Below, piece by piece: positions 9,819 to 19,674 of a stretch of 64,000 nt of DNA. Every line of letters begins with the position of its first letter. The first letter of the stretch is position 1. Source of the DNA: Thermoanaerobaculia bacterium (GTDB taxonomy: Bacteria > Acidobacteriota > Thermoanaerobaculia > Multivoradales > J023); assembly GCA_030431255.1 (NCBI GenBank), contig JAUIJL010000006.1:155850-219849 (forward strand), given 5' to 3'. The position numbers and the translations under genes were made by a program. The notes below the pieces were generated by a model. That model was not told where the DNA came from. It did not search any database and saw only the letters and a list, made by a program, of their open reading frames with translations.

Positions 9819-12118
9819 CCCCAACCCGGCTGCCCAGATCGGCCTACGCGTGGGCAGTGGGCTTTGTGTCTCTGGCGGTCCATGGGCTGTTGTCCCTGTG
9901 GTTCCCGGCCCCTCTTTTCGAAAAATACACGGTGGCAGCGGAGCTCTTTCTCGACGGCCGAATGGCGTCGGAGCGATGGCTGGATTTCAGCCCCCTCTAC
10001 CTCCATCTGGCCATGTTCCTGCGTCGACTCACGGAGGACGTGGAGTCGGTGCTGCTGATCCTGCAGCTGGGCTTGCTAGCAGCCACCTCGGCCCTGTTCT
10101 TTCTCTGGGCGGAGCGGCGGCTCGGTATTCGCTGGGCGCTGCTCGGGGCGGCGGTGATCACCCTCGATCGGCATGTGCTGATCTATTCCAGGATTCTCGA
10201 GCCGGAAGCGATCTTCCTCTTTCTGTTGATGCTCTTCCTCTATTGGGTGGACGGTCCAGAAGGGGAGCCGACGCGCCCTTTCGCCGCGGGTATCGTCGGG
10301 GCTTTGGGCATCGCCACCCGGCCGACCTTTCTACCGATTTGCTTGTGGGTGCTCGTGCTCTGGGGCTGGCATCGACGCGAGCAGCTGCGCCCGTGGGCGC
10401 GGCCGGCGGTCTATTTCTTGGCCGCCCCAGCCCTGATGCTGATGCTGCTCGCCGTTCGCGCGCAGGTCGTGGCCGGATCCTGGCGCGCGCCGACCATGAA
10501 TCCGGGCACCGTGCTCTACGAAGGCAATCAGCCCATGTCTCGGGGTACCAGCGCGGTCTACCCCCCTCTCGTGCATCAGCTTTCGAGCGGACAGGACTCC
10601 ACGCCGGATCCGGCCCACGTTTACTACCGAGAGATCGCCCGCCGGGAAGTCGGCTCCGGCGTGTCGGGAGACTTTGGAGACGGCGACCGAGGTGGCCGGC
10701 TTCTGGGGGTTCGCGACGTCAACCGGCTGTGGACACGGCGGGCCCTGGATTTCACCCTCGACCACCCGGGATTCGCCCTTCGCCGGCTCCAAACCAAGCT
10801 GCTCTACGCCTTCCACAATTTCCGCTGGCATGATCTTCCCGCGGCCTGGCTCTACGATCGAGCCTTGCCCCTTTCCGGGGTGCCGTTCGCCCTGCTCTCC
10901 GCCCTGGCGCTGCCCGGTCTGCTGCTGGAGATTCGCGGCCGACGGAACAGCCTCTTGCTCTACGGATTGTTGGGATCTCAGCTCTTGGTGATGCTGGTCT
11001 TCTACGTCTCACCACGCCAGCGCCTGATGTGGATCCCATTGCTGATCTACTTCAGCCTCGTCACCCTTCGCGATACGGTCCGTCAGCGCACCCTCTGGCC
11101 AGCCTTGCTGGCCCTGGTGCTGGTGCCCGCGTTCACCTTGCCGGACGACGCCATGCGGGACGAGATCTACCAGCGGAATCAGATGGAGCTGGCTCGGCCC
11201 ATCCTCCAGGAGATCTCAGGTCGAATCGCGGACGGTGAGCCCATAAGCGCCATGGCCGACGGCTTCGCCCAAGCTCTCGCCCACGCTCCTTGGTGGCTCG
11301 AGGGCCTTCAACCGGCTTTTCTCGATCGCTCGGGGCAAAGTCTAGAGCGGGCCATCGCGTCCAAGCTCGATCCCAGCCGGCTGTCGCTCTTCGATCAGGC
11401 CGAGATGTGGATGCGAGCGGGCGACGTAGAGCGGGCCCGAGCGCTCTTGCTCCAATGCCTAGAAACGGGAGAGCAGCTCTATCGAAAGGGTCGCCTCAAC
11501 ACCTCACCGGAGCTGCTCTTGGCGAGATTGGACCTGCTCGATGGGCGAAGGCAGGACGCCGAGGTCCGGCTCCGACGAGGGCTGAGAGCCCATCCCGGAG
11601 ATGCCTTTCTACTGGCAGAGCTGGTCGCCTTGGAATCGACCACCCACGCCGCAGGGGTTGGATCTCCCCTCTTCGACAGCCTGGAGACCTACTACGGCCG
11701 GCAAAGCGCACATTTTCTGGTGGGTCGAGCCTTGTTGGCCCAAGACGAGCCCGCCGCCGCCATCCGACATCTGGAGATCACCGTCCACGCTTTTCCTCAG
11801 CTGCGGGAGGCCCGGTTGGCCTTGGCGGCAGCGTTTTTTCGGACGAGCCGGCTCGATGACGCGCTGAAGCAGGTCCTGGTCGCGGATCGCATCCGGGCCG
11901 AGCCGGCGCTCTATGCGGACGATATGGCCGAGATCTACGGAGCTGCGGCCCAACAATCTTCTGCTCCCGATCAGGTGTTGCGGGCCGCCCAGGGTCTCTT
12001 CCACTACGGCCGGCCCCACCGCGCCTTGAGGGTGCTCGACCGACCTTGGCCCCCGGCCGAGCAGAAAAAAGTGGCCGCGCTTCAGCGGCGTCTACGTTCG
12101 GCGATCTCAAAACCCTAA
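9815..12118 (+). CDS. GT-C-like polytopic membrane protein with C-terminal TPR domain (PMT/DUF2723-like putative glycosyltransferase)
   Basis: ATG at 9815 overlaps the upstream stop (ATGA). N-terminal ~480 aa have about 11 TM helices. C-terminal ~250 aa carry TPR-like helical repeats (…AIRHLEITVHAFPQLREARLALAAAFFRTSRLDDALKQVL…). Confidence 0.55.
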   Translation: MTPTRLPRSAYAWAVGFVSLAVHGLLSLWFPAPLFEKYTVAAELFLDGRMASERWLDFSPLYLHLAMFLRRLTEDVESVLLILQLGLLAATSALFFLWAERRLGIRWALLGAAVITLDRHVLIYSRILEPEAIFLFLLMLFLYWVDGPEGEPTRPFAAGIVGALGIATRPTFLPICLWVLVLWGWHRREQLRPWARPAVYFLAAPALMLMLLAVRAQVVAGSWRAPTMNPGTVLYEGNQPMSRGTSAVYPPLVHQLSSGQDSTPDPAHVYYREIARREVGSGVSGDFGDGDRGGRLLGVRDVNRLWTRRALDFTLDHPGFALRRLQTKLLYAFHNFRWHDLPAAWLYDRALPLSGVPFALLSALALPGLLLEIRGRRNSLLLYGLLGSQLLVMLVFYVSPRQRLMWIPLLIYFSLVTLRDTVRQRTLWPALLALVLVPAFTLPDDAMRDEIYQRNQMELARPILQEISGRIADGEPISAMADGFAQALAHAPWWLEGLQPAFLDRSGQSLERAIASKLDPSRLSLFDQAEMWMRAGDVERARALLLQCLETGEQLYRKGRLNTSPELLLARLDLLDGRRQDAEVRLRRGLRAHPGDAFLLAELVALESTTHAAGVGSPLFDSLETYYGRQSAHFLVGRALLAQDEPAAAIRHLEITVHAFPQLREARLALAAAFFRTSRLDDALKQVLVADRIRAEPALYADDMAEIYGAAAQQSSAPDQVLRAAQGLFHYGRPHRALRVLDRPWPPAEQKKVAALQRRLRSAISKP

Positions 12119-12199
12119 ACACACCGTCACCACAGCGGCGCCTGAGACGGATGCCCAGGTGCCTGTGGTCAAGGCGACGGAATACGATAGGCTCGCGCC

Positions 12200-13978
12200 A
12201 TGATTGGCAACCTTTCGCAGACCGATCGAGCACTTCGATTCGTCGGCGCCTTTGTTTTAGCTCTCATGATCGGCCTTGGGATCTGGACTTTGTTCCAGAT
12301 TTCCGCCAACCGGGCCTATCAGGTCGATGAGGTGGAGCACCTGCACGCCGCCTACAATCTGCACATCGGCAAGCTGCCTTATTACGACTTCTATCAGGTC
12401 CATCCACCGCTCCTGCACTTCATGCTGTATCCGTTCACGGATCCGGACGACCCCGAAGCCAGCTATATTCGAGGCCGCCATCTTTCTTTGGTGGTGCTGT
12501 TGATCTCCCTGGCGCTTTGCGCGGGATGCGCAGCTCGCCTCTCCAATCCCCTCGGGGGTCTGATCGCCTTGGGTCTTGCGCTTTCCCATACGACTCTCAT
12601 GGAACGGGGAATGGAGATCCGACCCGACAACTCGGTGAATCTCCTGGCTTTTCTGGCCCTCTATCTGGAGCTGAGGGCCGACAAACCCTCGATCAAGCGT
12701 TATATGTTGCAGGGATTCCTGCTCGGCCTCGGTTTGCTGCTTGCCCAAAAGACCGCCTTTCCCAGCTTCGCCTTCGGTTGCTTGTGGCTGTTCACCGCGA
12801 TTCGGATTCGCAACCTTTGGTGGGCCATTCTGCCGGTTTGCGTGTGGGCCGTTCCCGCCTTGCTCGGAGCAGCGTGGCTGCTGTCGAACGGCATCCTTCA
12901 CGAAGCTTTCGTCTCCATTTTCGGCGGCGCCTACGACGCGGCTTCCGGGGCTGAGCACCGAGATACCTTCAGCCCTTGGGGTTACATCAAGAGCGAATCC
13001 GAGCGCAACGTGCCTTTTGTGATCTTCGGCGTCTTGGGCACCCTGCGGGGTTTGCTCGATCTCCTGGCACCCTCCAAATGGCTGAGCAAGCAACGTGCTC
13101 CTTTCCCCATTCAGGCCGGCCGACCGTTCGCCTTCCCAGCGTTCTTTACTTTGATCACGATCGCTTCTTTGTGGCTGAACCCGTTCCCGTGGCCGTACGT
13201 GCACCCGGCTCCGGCTCTGGCCCTGGCGATGATGGCCGGCGCCCTCATCGGGGGCATGTTGGTGCAGCGGCTCAAGTCTCCCTTTTCGTATACGGCCTTA
13301 TTCGGAGCCGCGCTAGTCATCGCCATGGCCGCCATGGTCAGCGCGCCGCGCCTGATCGAGAAATCCCAGCATCGGGGCGATCCCAACAGCACGGGATTCC
13401 AAATGTTCGTGCTCAAGGAGCTGACCCGCATTACCGAGCCCGACGACGCGGTCTTCGATTTGGTGGGCTTCTATTTCCGACCTGACGCCTATCCCGCCTA
13501 CAGCCTGAGCAAGGATTTGGTGGGTTGGTACAAAGACGGCGCCTATCCGCGCATGATCCCGACCCTGCGCCAAAACGAGACGGTGGCGTTCATCCACACC
13601 TATCGCAAGAAATGGCTGCCCGACGAAGAGCTCGACTTCCTGAAACACCGCTTCATTCGTTATTTCGGCAATATTTTCATTCTCGGCACCGACGTCTCCA
13701 ATTGCGAGCCGGACAAGGAGTATTTCTTCGAGGTGCTGAAAACCAAACCCTTCGTCTACGAGGGACCGGGCGAAATGACCGTCAACGGCCGGCCGTTCAC
13801 CCGCGGCGTCCTCGGCAAGGGGCATCACGTCATCACCGTCAAAGACAACCAGGGCCAGGGGCGGTTGATCATGGACACGCCTGCCCCCAAACCGCCTTTC
13901 CCGCAGGACAAGATTCCCGGGCCGGGCAATATGTTCCGAGCGCAGGTGGACGAAGAAAAATATTGGGTCTTCGACTGA
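12200..13978 (+). CDS. GT-C fold membrane glycosyltransferase, ArnT/PMT-like
   Basis: N-terminal TM then loop with YQVDEVEHLHAAYNL (acidic D/E motif of GT-C first loop). Multiple TM helices, C-terminal soluble domain. Confidence 0.6.
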   Translation: MIGNLSQTDRALRFVGAFVLALMIGLGIWTLFQISANRAYQVDEVEHLHAAYNLHIGKLPYYDFYQVHPPLLHFMLYPFTDPDDPEASYIRGRHLSLVVLLISLALCAGCAARLSNPLGGLIALGLALSHTTLMERGMEIRPDNSVNLLAFLALYLELRADKPSIKRYMLQGFLLGLGLLLAQKTAFPSFAFGCLWLFTAIRIRNLWWAILPVCVWAVPALLGAAWLLSNGILHEAFVSIFGGAYDAASGAEHRDTFSPWGYIKSESERNVPFVIFGVLGTLRGLLDLLAPSKWLSKQRAPFPIQAGRPFAFPAFFTLITIASLWLNPFPWPYVHPAPALALAMMAGALIGGMLVQRLKSPFSYTALFGAALVIAMAAMVSAPRLIEKSQHRGDPNSTGFQMFVLKELTRITEPDDAVFDLVGFYFRPDAYPAYSLSKDLVGWYKDGAYPRMIPTLRQNETVAFIHTYRKKWLPDEELDFLKHRFIRYFGNIFILGTDVSNCEPDKEYFFEVLKTKPFVYEGPGEMTVNGRPFTRGVLGKGHHVITVKDNQGQGRLIMDTPAPKPPFPQDKIPGPGNMFRAQVDEEKYWVFD

Positions 13979-14046
13979 GGTCCGTTCGATTGAGCCCTTT
14001 CGGTCGGGCCCGTTCTTTCAGCTTTTCTAGATTCCAAGGAGCACCT

Positions 14047-15216
14047 ATGGCCAGCTCACCTTCCGAGCCGACATCCGACGACAGCCCGATGATCTCCGTG
14101 GTCATCCCGTGTTTGAACGAGGTCCAAAGTGTCGGCAAATGCGTCCAAAAAGCCTTGGCGGGCATCGAGCGCTCCGGGCTCACCGGCGAGGTGGTGGTCA
14201 GCGACAACGACTCCGAGGACGGCTCGGCGGATGCGGCCCGGGCCGCCGGCGCGCGGGTGGTGCACGAGCCGCGACGGGGTTACGGCTCCGCCTATTTGCG
14301 CGGCTTCGAGGCGGCTCGCGGAAAATATTTCGTCATGGGCGATGCCGACGAGACCTACGATTTCGAAGATATCCCACGGTTTATCGAGCCCTTGCACGAA
14401 AAGGGCTTCGACATGGTCATGGGCACCCGGCTCAAGGGAGAGATCCTGCCCGGTGCCATGCCGTGGTCCCACCGTTGGATCGGCAACCCGATCCTCTCGG
14501 GCATGTTGAAGCTGCTCTTCCGCACTAAGATCTCCGACTCCCACTGCGGTATGCGCTCCTTCACCCGCGACGCCTACGAGCGCATGGGGCTGCGGACCAC
14601 GGGCATGGAATTCGCGTCGGAGATCGTGGTCAACGCCTTGCGCAACCAGCTCAAGATCGACGAGATCCCGATCACTTACTATCCGCGGGAAGGGGAGTCC
14701 AAGCTCCAAGGCTTCCGCGACGCTTGGCGCCACGTGCGTTTCATGTTGCTCTTTTCACCGTCCTACCTCTTCCAACTGCCGGGTTTCCTCTTGTCGCTTT
14801 TCGGCCTGCTGTCGATCGGCCTGCTGGCCGCCGGGCCCCGGGAGCTGCTGGGACGCACCTGGGATTTCCACGTGCTGCTCTTCGGCTGCTTGTCGTTGAT
14901 TCTCGGCTACAACCTGGTGATTTTCGACATCCTGGCCAAGCGCTTTTCCGTGGCCGCGGGTTTCGTCAAACCCAACGAATACCTTTCGGGGTTGGTGAGA
15001 TTCTTCACCTTGGAGAAGGGCCTCGTGCTCGGCGTGCTGGTCTTGATCGCCGGTCTCGGCCTGGAGCTCAAAATCGTCTACGACTGGGCCCAAGGTGGCT
15101 TCGGCCAGCTGATGGCGGTACGCGGGGTCGCCCTGGGCATGACCGCCATGGTGCTCGGCGCCCAAACCGTCTTCGCGTCGTTCCTATTCAGCTTGACGTT
15201 GATCCAGAGGCGCTGA
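14047..15216 (+). CDS. GT2 polyprenyl-phosphate sugar synthase (ArnC/CsbB/GtrB/DPM1-like) with C-terminal TM helices
   Basis: ISVVIPCLNE...VVVSDNDSEDGSA...GDADETYDF...MPWSHRWIGNPILS is the classic GT-A DxD fold of the Dpm1/ArnC family, followed by 2-4 C-terminal TM helices. The ORF-track long N-terminus is rejected; start at ATG 14047 (MASSPSEP). Confidence 0.8.
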   Translation: MASSPSEPTSDDSPMISVVIPCLNEVQSVGKCVQKALAGIERSGLTGEVVVSDNDSEDGSADAARAAGARVVHEPRRGYGSAYLRGFEAARGKYFVMGDADETYDFEDIPRFIEPLHEKGFDMVMGTRLKGEILPGAMPWSHRWIGNPILSGMLKLLFRTKISDSHCGMRSFTRDAYERMGLRTTGMEFASEIVVNALRNQLKIDEIPITYYPREGESKLQGFRDAWRHVRFMLLFSPSYLFQLPGFLLSLFGLLSIGLLAAGPRELLGRTWDFHVLLFGCLSLILGYNLVIFDILAKRFSVAAGFVKPNEYLSGLVRFFTLEKGLVLGVLVLIAGLGLELKIVYDWAQGGFGQLMAVRGVALGMTAMVLGAQTVFASFLFSLTLIQRR

Positions 15217-15930
15217 CTTCTTGACCGCCACGACCAGGAAACACTTGGCGATCCACCAGAAAATCGGCAGCCGTTCCAATAAGGCGACCCCCAGACGGTA
15301 GTGCCAGGGCCCGCCGGCCATGGTCAGCGAGATGTCCGCCGGGGGCACCAGGTGCATGTCGAGCTCGGGCCGACGTTTGAACATCCGCCTCAAGCCCCAA
15401 AGGGTCGGGGCGTAGCTGGCATCCTCGTAGTCTTCTCCGCGACCGGATAGGCGCAGGTAGGCGTTGGCCAAGGGCAGGGGTAAATATCCCAAGAAGGGCA
15501 GGAAATAGTGATGCTCAATGGGCCACAGCTTGTTGGGCACCACAATGTAGATCAACCCACCGGGTTTGAGGCTACGGCTGATGCGCTCCAGGGAGTCGTC
15601 GGCATTGGGCAGGTGCTCGAGCACGTTGTCGAGGATCACCAGGTCGAAGACCTCCTCCTCTTCCAGCTCCTCGACGGAGCGGTGGAGGATCTCCACATGG
15701 TCCAATCCCGAGCTCTCGGCCAACCGCGCGCCGAATTCCGCCAGCGGCAAGCTGGGCTCGATGCCCACCACCTTGCGGCAGGTACGGGCCAGCTCGATGG
15801 CGGTGTGACCATAGCCACAACCGACGTCCAACACCGCCAGCTCCTCTGCGGCTAGGGACCGAAAAGGCTCAGTGGTCGCCAAGGCCTGTCGGCAGAGCTG
15901 CTCCGCCAGAGGTCCGCGGCTTTCCAGCAT
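15184..15930 (-). CDS. Class I SAM-dependent methyltransferase
   Basis: VLDVGCGYGHTAIELA...VFDLVILDNVLEHLP...LKPGGLIYIVVPN are Rossmann MTase motifs I, post-I and II. ORF extends to 16170 but would overlap the upstream GT2 by 130 nt, so ATG 15930 (MLESRG) was chosen. Convergent 33-nt overlap with the GT2 gene ending at 15216. Confidence 0.65.
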   Translation of the reverse strand: MLESRGPLAEQLCRQALATTEPFRSLAAEELAVLDVGCGYGHTAIELARTCRKVVGIEPSLPLAEFGARLAESSGLDHVEILHRSVEELEEEEVFDLVILDNVLEHLPNADDSLERISRSLKPGGLIYIVVPNKLWPIEHHYFLPFLGYLPLPLANAYLRLSGRGEDYEDASYAPTLWGLRRMFKRRPELDMHLVPPADISLTMAGGPWHYRLGVALLERLPIFWWIAKCFLVVAVKKSAPLDQRQAE

Positions 15931-16040
15931 GGAGTCGCCGTGGGCATCGTATTGCGGCCGATGCTCCGTTTTCTGTTCTTGTGCCGATGTTTCCTGTGCG
16001 GTCACGCTGGATCCTTCCCATATCGCCCTGGACAACCGGA

Positions 16041-16868
16041 TCAGCCGTCGGCGACCTTTTGGTATCGCGCTTTGGTGCCGGCCCAGTACACCCATTTCGG
16101 CGGAAGCAGCCAAGCGATTCGTTCCATCCACATCTGAGCCCGATCCGACGCGGTCATATGCCCCATCCAATGGAGCCGTTTGGTCAGCAGCGTCGCCTCC
16201 AGGGTCCGACGGATTTTTTGGGCTTTGACCCCTTGCTCATGTAGACGATAGCGCACCTGGGCCGACTCCAGGTTGGCAAAGTGAGCATTGGCGTGGGCCA
16301 TGCGGCTCCAAAGCTCGTAGTCCTCCGCCGGCTCACCAGGATACCGATACCCACCCAGTTGCAGCGCTAGAGACTTGCGAAAGACCACGCTCGGATGGGA
16401 AATGGGATTGTGGCTGGCCAGAGCTCTGACGATATCCCGATGGGATTCCGGGAATTGACGGAAACCCAACAGCCGGCTGTGGTGGTCGATGACCTCGATT
16501 TGGGTGCCGAGCACATCGAGATCGGGATCTTGCTCAAGGCGCTTCTTTTGCTCCGCCAGACGCTCCGGCAGGGCGATGTCGTCCGCGTCCATGCGCGCAA
16601 TCCAGGGGGCACGGGCGATCCTCAGCCCGCGGTTGAGCTGTCCCACCAAAGACGACCGACTCTCCAGCCGCAGCCATCGGATGCGAGGGTCCTGAACACC
16701 CTCCATGAGATCTTCGGCCGACGACCCCGGGCTCGGATCCTCGACCACAAGGAGCTCAAAATCCCCGAATGTCTGACCCAAGATGCTGTCCAAGGCTTCC
16801 TTGAAAATCCTCGGATCCGGTCGATAGACCGGCATCAAAACGGAGAAATACGGGGTGGTTTCGTGCAT
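16041..16868 (-). CDS. Family 2 glycosyltransferase (soluble GT-A)
   Basis: FSVLMPVYRPDPRIFKEALDSILGQTFGDFELLVVEDPS...WIARMDADDIALPERL carries the GT2 DxD/DAD signature. Confidence 0.75.
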   Translation of the reverse strand: MHETTPYFSVLMPVYRPDPRIFKEALDSILGQTFGDFELLVVEDPSPGSSAEDLMEGVQDPRIRWLRLESRSSLVGQLNRGLRIARAPWIARMDADDIALPERLAEQKKRLEQDPDLDVLGTQIEVIDHHSRLLGFRQFPESHRDIVRALASHNPISHPSVVFRKSLALQLGGYRYPGEPAEDYELWSRMAHANAHFANLESAQVRYRLHEQGVKAQKIRRTLEATLLTKRLHWMGHMTASDRAQMWMERIAWLLPPKWVYWAGTKARYQKVADG

Positions 16869-17950
16869 CAGCTTTCCGTGGAGCCCGGCGACATGGAACC
16901 GTCGGTTTCAGCAGCCGTCCGTTCTACAGTGTCGGGCGGCGCGGTCCGGCTCAGGTCCGTGGGATCCGAACGTAACATGTGGACCGCGGCACCTACACAG
17001 GCGTAGAAAAGACTCAGGCTGAAAATGGTCAACGACAAGGCCACCGCCCGAGACGGGGAGATGCCTTGGGCCCCGAGAAGGGTGACGTAGACCCCCTCGC
17101 GCACCCCGAGACCGCTGACCGTGATCGGCAAGGCGATGGCCAAGTAGGTCGCGGGCATGAGATAGCAGAAGTGGATCCACTCCACCTGCAATCCGAGACT
17201 GCGGGAAACCCAGAAACAACCCACGATGTTGAGCCCCAAAGCCAACGCCTGGCAGACCACGAGGGCGATCAGCGGCCCGGCTCCCATCCGGCGCAAAGCT
17301 CCCACGGCCTCCTGGAGCTGGCGTCCCAGGGATTCTCGCCGGGTCGGGGTCAATAAGAAAGGCGACACGGCGACGACGATCATCACCGCGGCGGCGATCC
17401 ACGGCCACAGGCCGGCCAAACGCCCAAAAAGCCGGCCGAAATCCAGCTCCACCGCCGCCGGCAGGGTGACGGCCAAAGTACCGAGCACCATCATCAAAGC
17501 CACCGCCCGCTGGGCCGCCACCCCGAGGCCGACGTGGATCCAGCGTCGGGTACGGCGTCCGAGGTCGATCACCTTGAACACGTCGGCCCCCAGGCTGCTG
17601 GGCAGAAAACTGCCGACAAAGAGGGCTTCGAAGTGGGTGGCGGCGATTTGACCCCGCCGCACCTCGACCTTGAGGGCGGTCAAGCTGATGCGCAAACCCT
17701 CCGCCAGCGACAGATGCGCCAGGCCGAAAAGCGCGGCCGCGGGTAGAAACCACCGCCAAGAAATGCCGGTCCAGGCGGTCCAAATTTGCTTCGGATCCGC
17801 GTAGGTGAGAATCAGGGCCAAGAGCACCCATCCCACCACCCAGCGCCACCACCTGGCTATCCCCGAAGCCCGGGGGCTTTCTGAAGCCAGGGTGGTTTCT
17901 GAAGCCAGGGTGGTTCCCGAATCCGGCGGCCCAGCATGCTCGGATTTCAC
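16868..17950 (-). CDS. Flippase-like / lysylphosphatidylglycerol-synthase-TM-domain family membrane protein
   Basis: About 8 TM helices with an architecture like the flippase-like domain (TIGR00374 type) usually paired with GT2 polyprenyl-P glycosyltransferases. Start and stop overlap neighbours by 1-4 nt. N-terminus has an 18-bp tandem duplication (TTLASETTLASES). Confidence 0.5.
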   Translation of the reverse strand: MKSEHAGPPDSGTTLASETTLASESPRASGIARWWRWVVGWVLLALILTYADPKQIWTAWTGISWRWFLPAAALFGLAHLSLAEGLRISLTALKVEVRRGQIAATHFEALFVGSFLPSSLGADVFKVIDLGRRTRRWIHVGLGVAAQRAVALMMVLGTLAVTLPAAVELDFGRLFGRLAGLWPWIAAAVMIVVAVSPFLLTPTRRESLGRQLQEAVGALRRMGAGPLIALVVCQALALGLNIVGCFWVSRSLGLQVEWIHFCYLMPATYLAIALPITVSGLGVREGVYVTLLGAQGISPSRAVALSLTIFSLSLFYACVGAAVHMLRSDPTDLSRTAPPDTVERTAAETDGSMSPGSTES

Positions 17951-19656
17951 GGGAAGGGCCTCCGTCGCACCTTGCGCCTCACCATGCCGAACGACTCCAG
18001 CTCTTGGGGGGATACCCAGAGATAGTCCCTCCCTTTGATCAGCTGTCGGACTTGTTCTCGTTTCAGCTTATTGGCGGAAACGATGATCGGCCGATCGCGG
18101 AAGTAGGGATCGTTGCGCAGCAAATCCCAGCCGTACCACGAGCCTCCGCCGTCGATCAGCACCATGTCCGTATCCCGAGTCTCCAAGAAACGGGTGGCGT
18201 CCGCAAAGGGCTGAACGAAGGCGTGGACCTGAGCCAAGCGCACGGGTACCGCCAACATCACGGCTGCCAAAAGGCCCACGGTCACAAAGGCCGTCGCCCG
18301 ACTCTGCCCGAGCGTGCTTTTCAGCTCCTTCCAGCCGTACACCGCCAACAACACCCAATTACCGAGCACCGGCATGAAGTAGCGGTATCCCCAGCCATGG
18401 CCTTGATTGAGCTTGAAAAACCAGTAGAAGACGAAGGTGAAGGCGGCGCTCAAGGCCACATCCTGGAGAAATGGGCTCATGCGCCGAGCTTTGAATAGGC
18501 CGAGCAACACCAACACGGCCACCACCGGTGCCTGCCAGCCGACGATCATGCTCAGATTCATGCCCTGATCCGCCCATTGCTGAAAACGCGGAAAACCCCA
18601 ATCGTTGGCCATGGCGTTGACCGAGATGCTGCTCCGGGACCACCGCACCCAAGCCATCCAACCGTAGAGACCGGCGCCATAGGTGGCGGCCATCAACACC
18701 GACGGGATCCACCGACGTTTCAGGACCCACCGAAAAAGAAATGGGAAAGCGAAGAGCACATGCATCACGAATTGATGCAAGCCCATGGTCAGGAAGCCGA
18801 GAATCGCCAGGCACACCCAGCTCCATCGACGATCTTCTAGGTAGAGCCACATCCAAAGCAGGTTGAACACCAAGTGGGCGCTCATGGAGTAGAACGACAT
18901 GCCGTAGACCAAATGCACGCTGGATGTCGCCAACAGGAGGGCGGCCAGCCATCCCGCCTCCTCGAGATCCGGAAACACCCGGCGAGCCACCACGGCCATC
19001 CACCACACCGCCAACCCTGCCAGGATGGGATTGAGCAGCATTTGGGGGTGAATCGCCAGGGTCGCCGCACGCATCAGGGCGTAGATCGGCAAGTAGAAAG
19101 AGACCCAATGCTGCTGCTCGGTGACCGTAACGAAGATCGGCGTGATGCCTCTCTCGAGCGGTATCCACTCTTCGGGCAGGGGAGCGGTGAGCTCGCCGTT
19201 GAGAAAAATCTGAGCCTGAAACTCGGCGCCGTATTCGTCCATGCTGAAGGGATGGCTGTGGTAGACGGTCCGGCTGCCGACCCAGCACACCGCGCAGGTC
19301 AGCAGCGCCAGACCCACCACCCAACGGGTGCCGAGGTAGAGCCCAGGCTGGGGATCGGGCTCGGACTGCCTATCTCGGTCCAACTTTCCGCGCACGAAAG
19401 CCGCGGCCACGGCGAGCATCAACACCAAGAGCGACACGAGCAAACCCCAATGCTCGTTGGTTTCGAAGAGGGCGTAGAAGATATTCAGCTTGTTACGGCT
19501 CGAGCCGAGCTTTCCGAGGCCGTAGGACCGGCTGTAGCTCCACAACCACCATCCCAGGACGTGGATCAGGGCGACCAAGATCCACGCGCTCGGCCAGGGC
19601 TTCAACCGGCGGAGCAGCGCTTTGAGGTCGATGCGGATTTCCTGGTTCAGGTTCAT
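17947..19656 (-). CDS. Polytopic integral membrane protein of unknown family (possibly another GT-C-like enzyme)
   Basis: 569 aa with at least 12 hydrophobic helices; Trp/Tyr-rich. Lies in an operon with glycosylation genes. No diagnostic motif recognised. Confidence 0.45.
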   Translation of the reverse strand: MNLNQEIRIDLKALLRRLKPWPSAWILVALIHVLGWWLWSYSRSYGLGKLGSSRNKLNIFYALFETNEHWGLLVSLLVLMLAVAAAFVRGKLDRDRQSEPDPQPGLYLGTRWVVGLALLTCAVCWVGSRTVYHSHPFSMDEYGAEFQAQIFLNGELTAPLPEEWIPLERGITPIFVTVTEQQHWVSFYLPIYALMRAATLAIHPQMLLNPILAGLAVWWMAVVARRVFPDLEEAGWLAALLLATSSVHLVYGMSFYSMSAHLVFNLLWMWLYLEDRRWSWVCLAILGFLTMGLHQFVMHVLFAFPFLFRWVLKRRWIPSVLMAATYGAGLYGWMAWVRWSRSSISVNAMANDWGFPRFQQWADQGMNLSMIVGWQAPVVAVLVLLGLFKARRMSPFLQDVALSAAFTFVFYWFFKLNQGHGWGYRYFMPVLGNWVLLAVYGWKELKSTLGQSRATAFVTVGLLAAVMLAVPVRLAQVHAFVQPFADATRFLETRDTDMVLIDGGGSWYGWDLLRNDPYFRDRPIIVSANKLKREQVRQLIKGRDYLWVSPQELESFGMVRRKVRRRPFP

Positions 19657-19674
19657 GGGTCGCGAAGCATGGAT

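Noticed and set aside
13525-14046. N-terminal 174-aa extension of the GT2 (ArnC-like) ORF
   Set aside because: The extension is Arg-rich junk and overlaps the 3' end of the preceding GT-C gene. The conserved GT2 fold begins right after ATG 14047 (MASSPSEP...ISVVIPCLNE).
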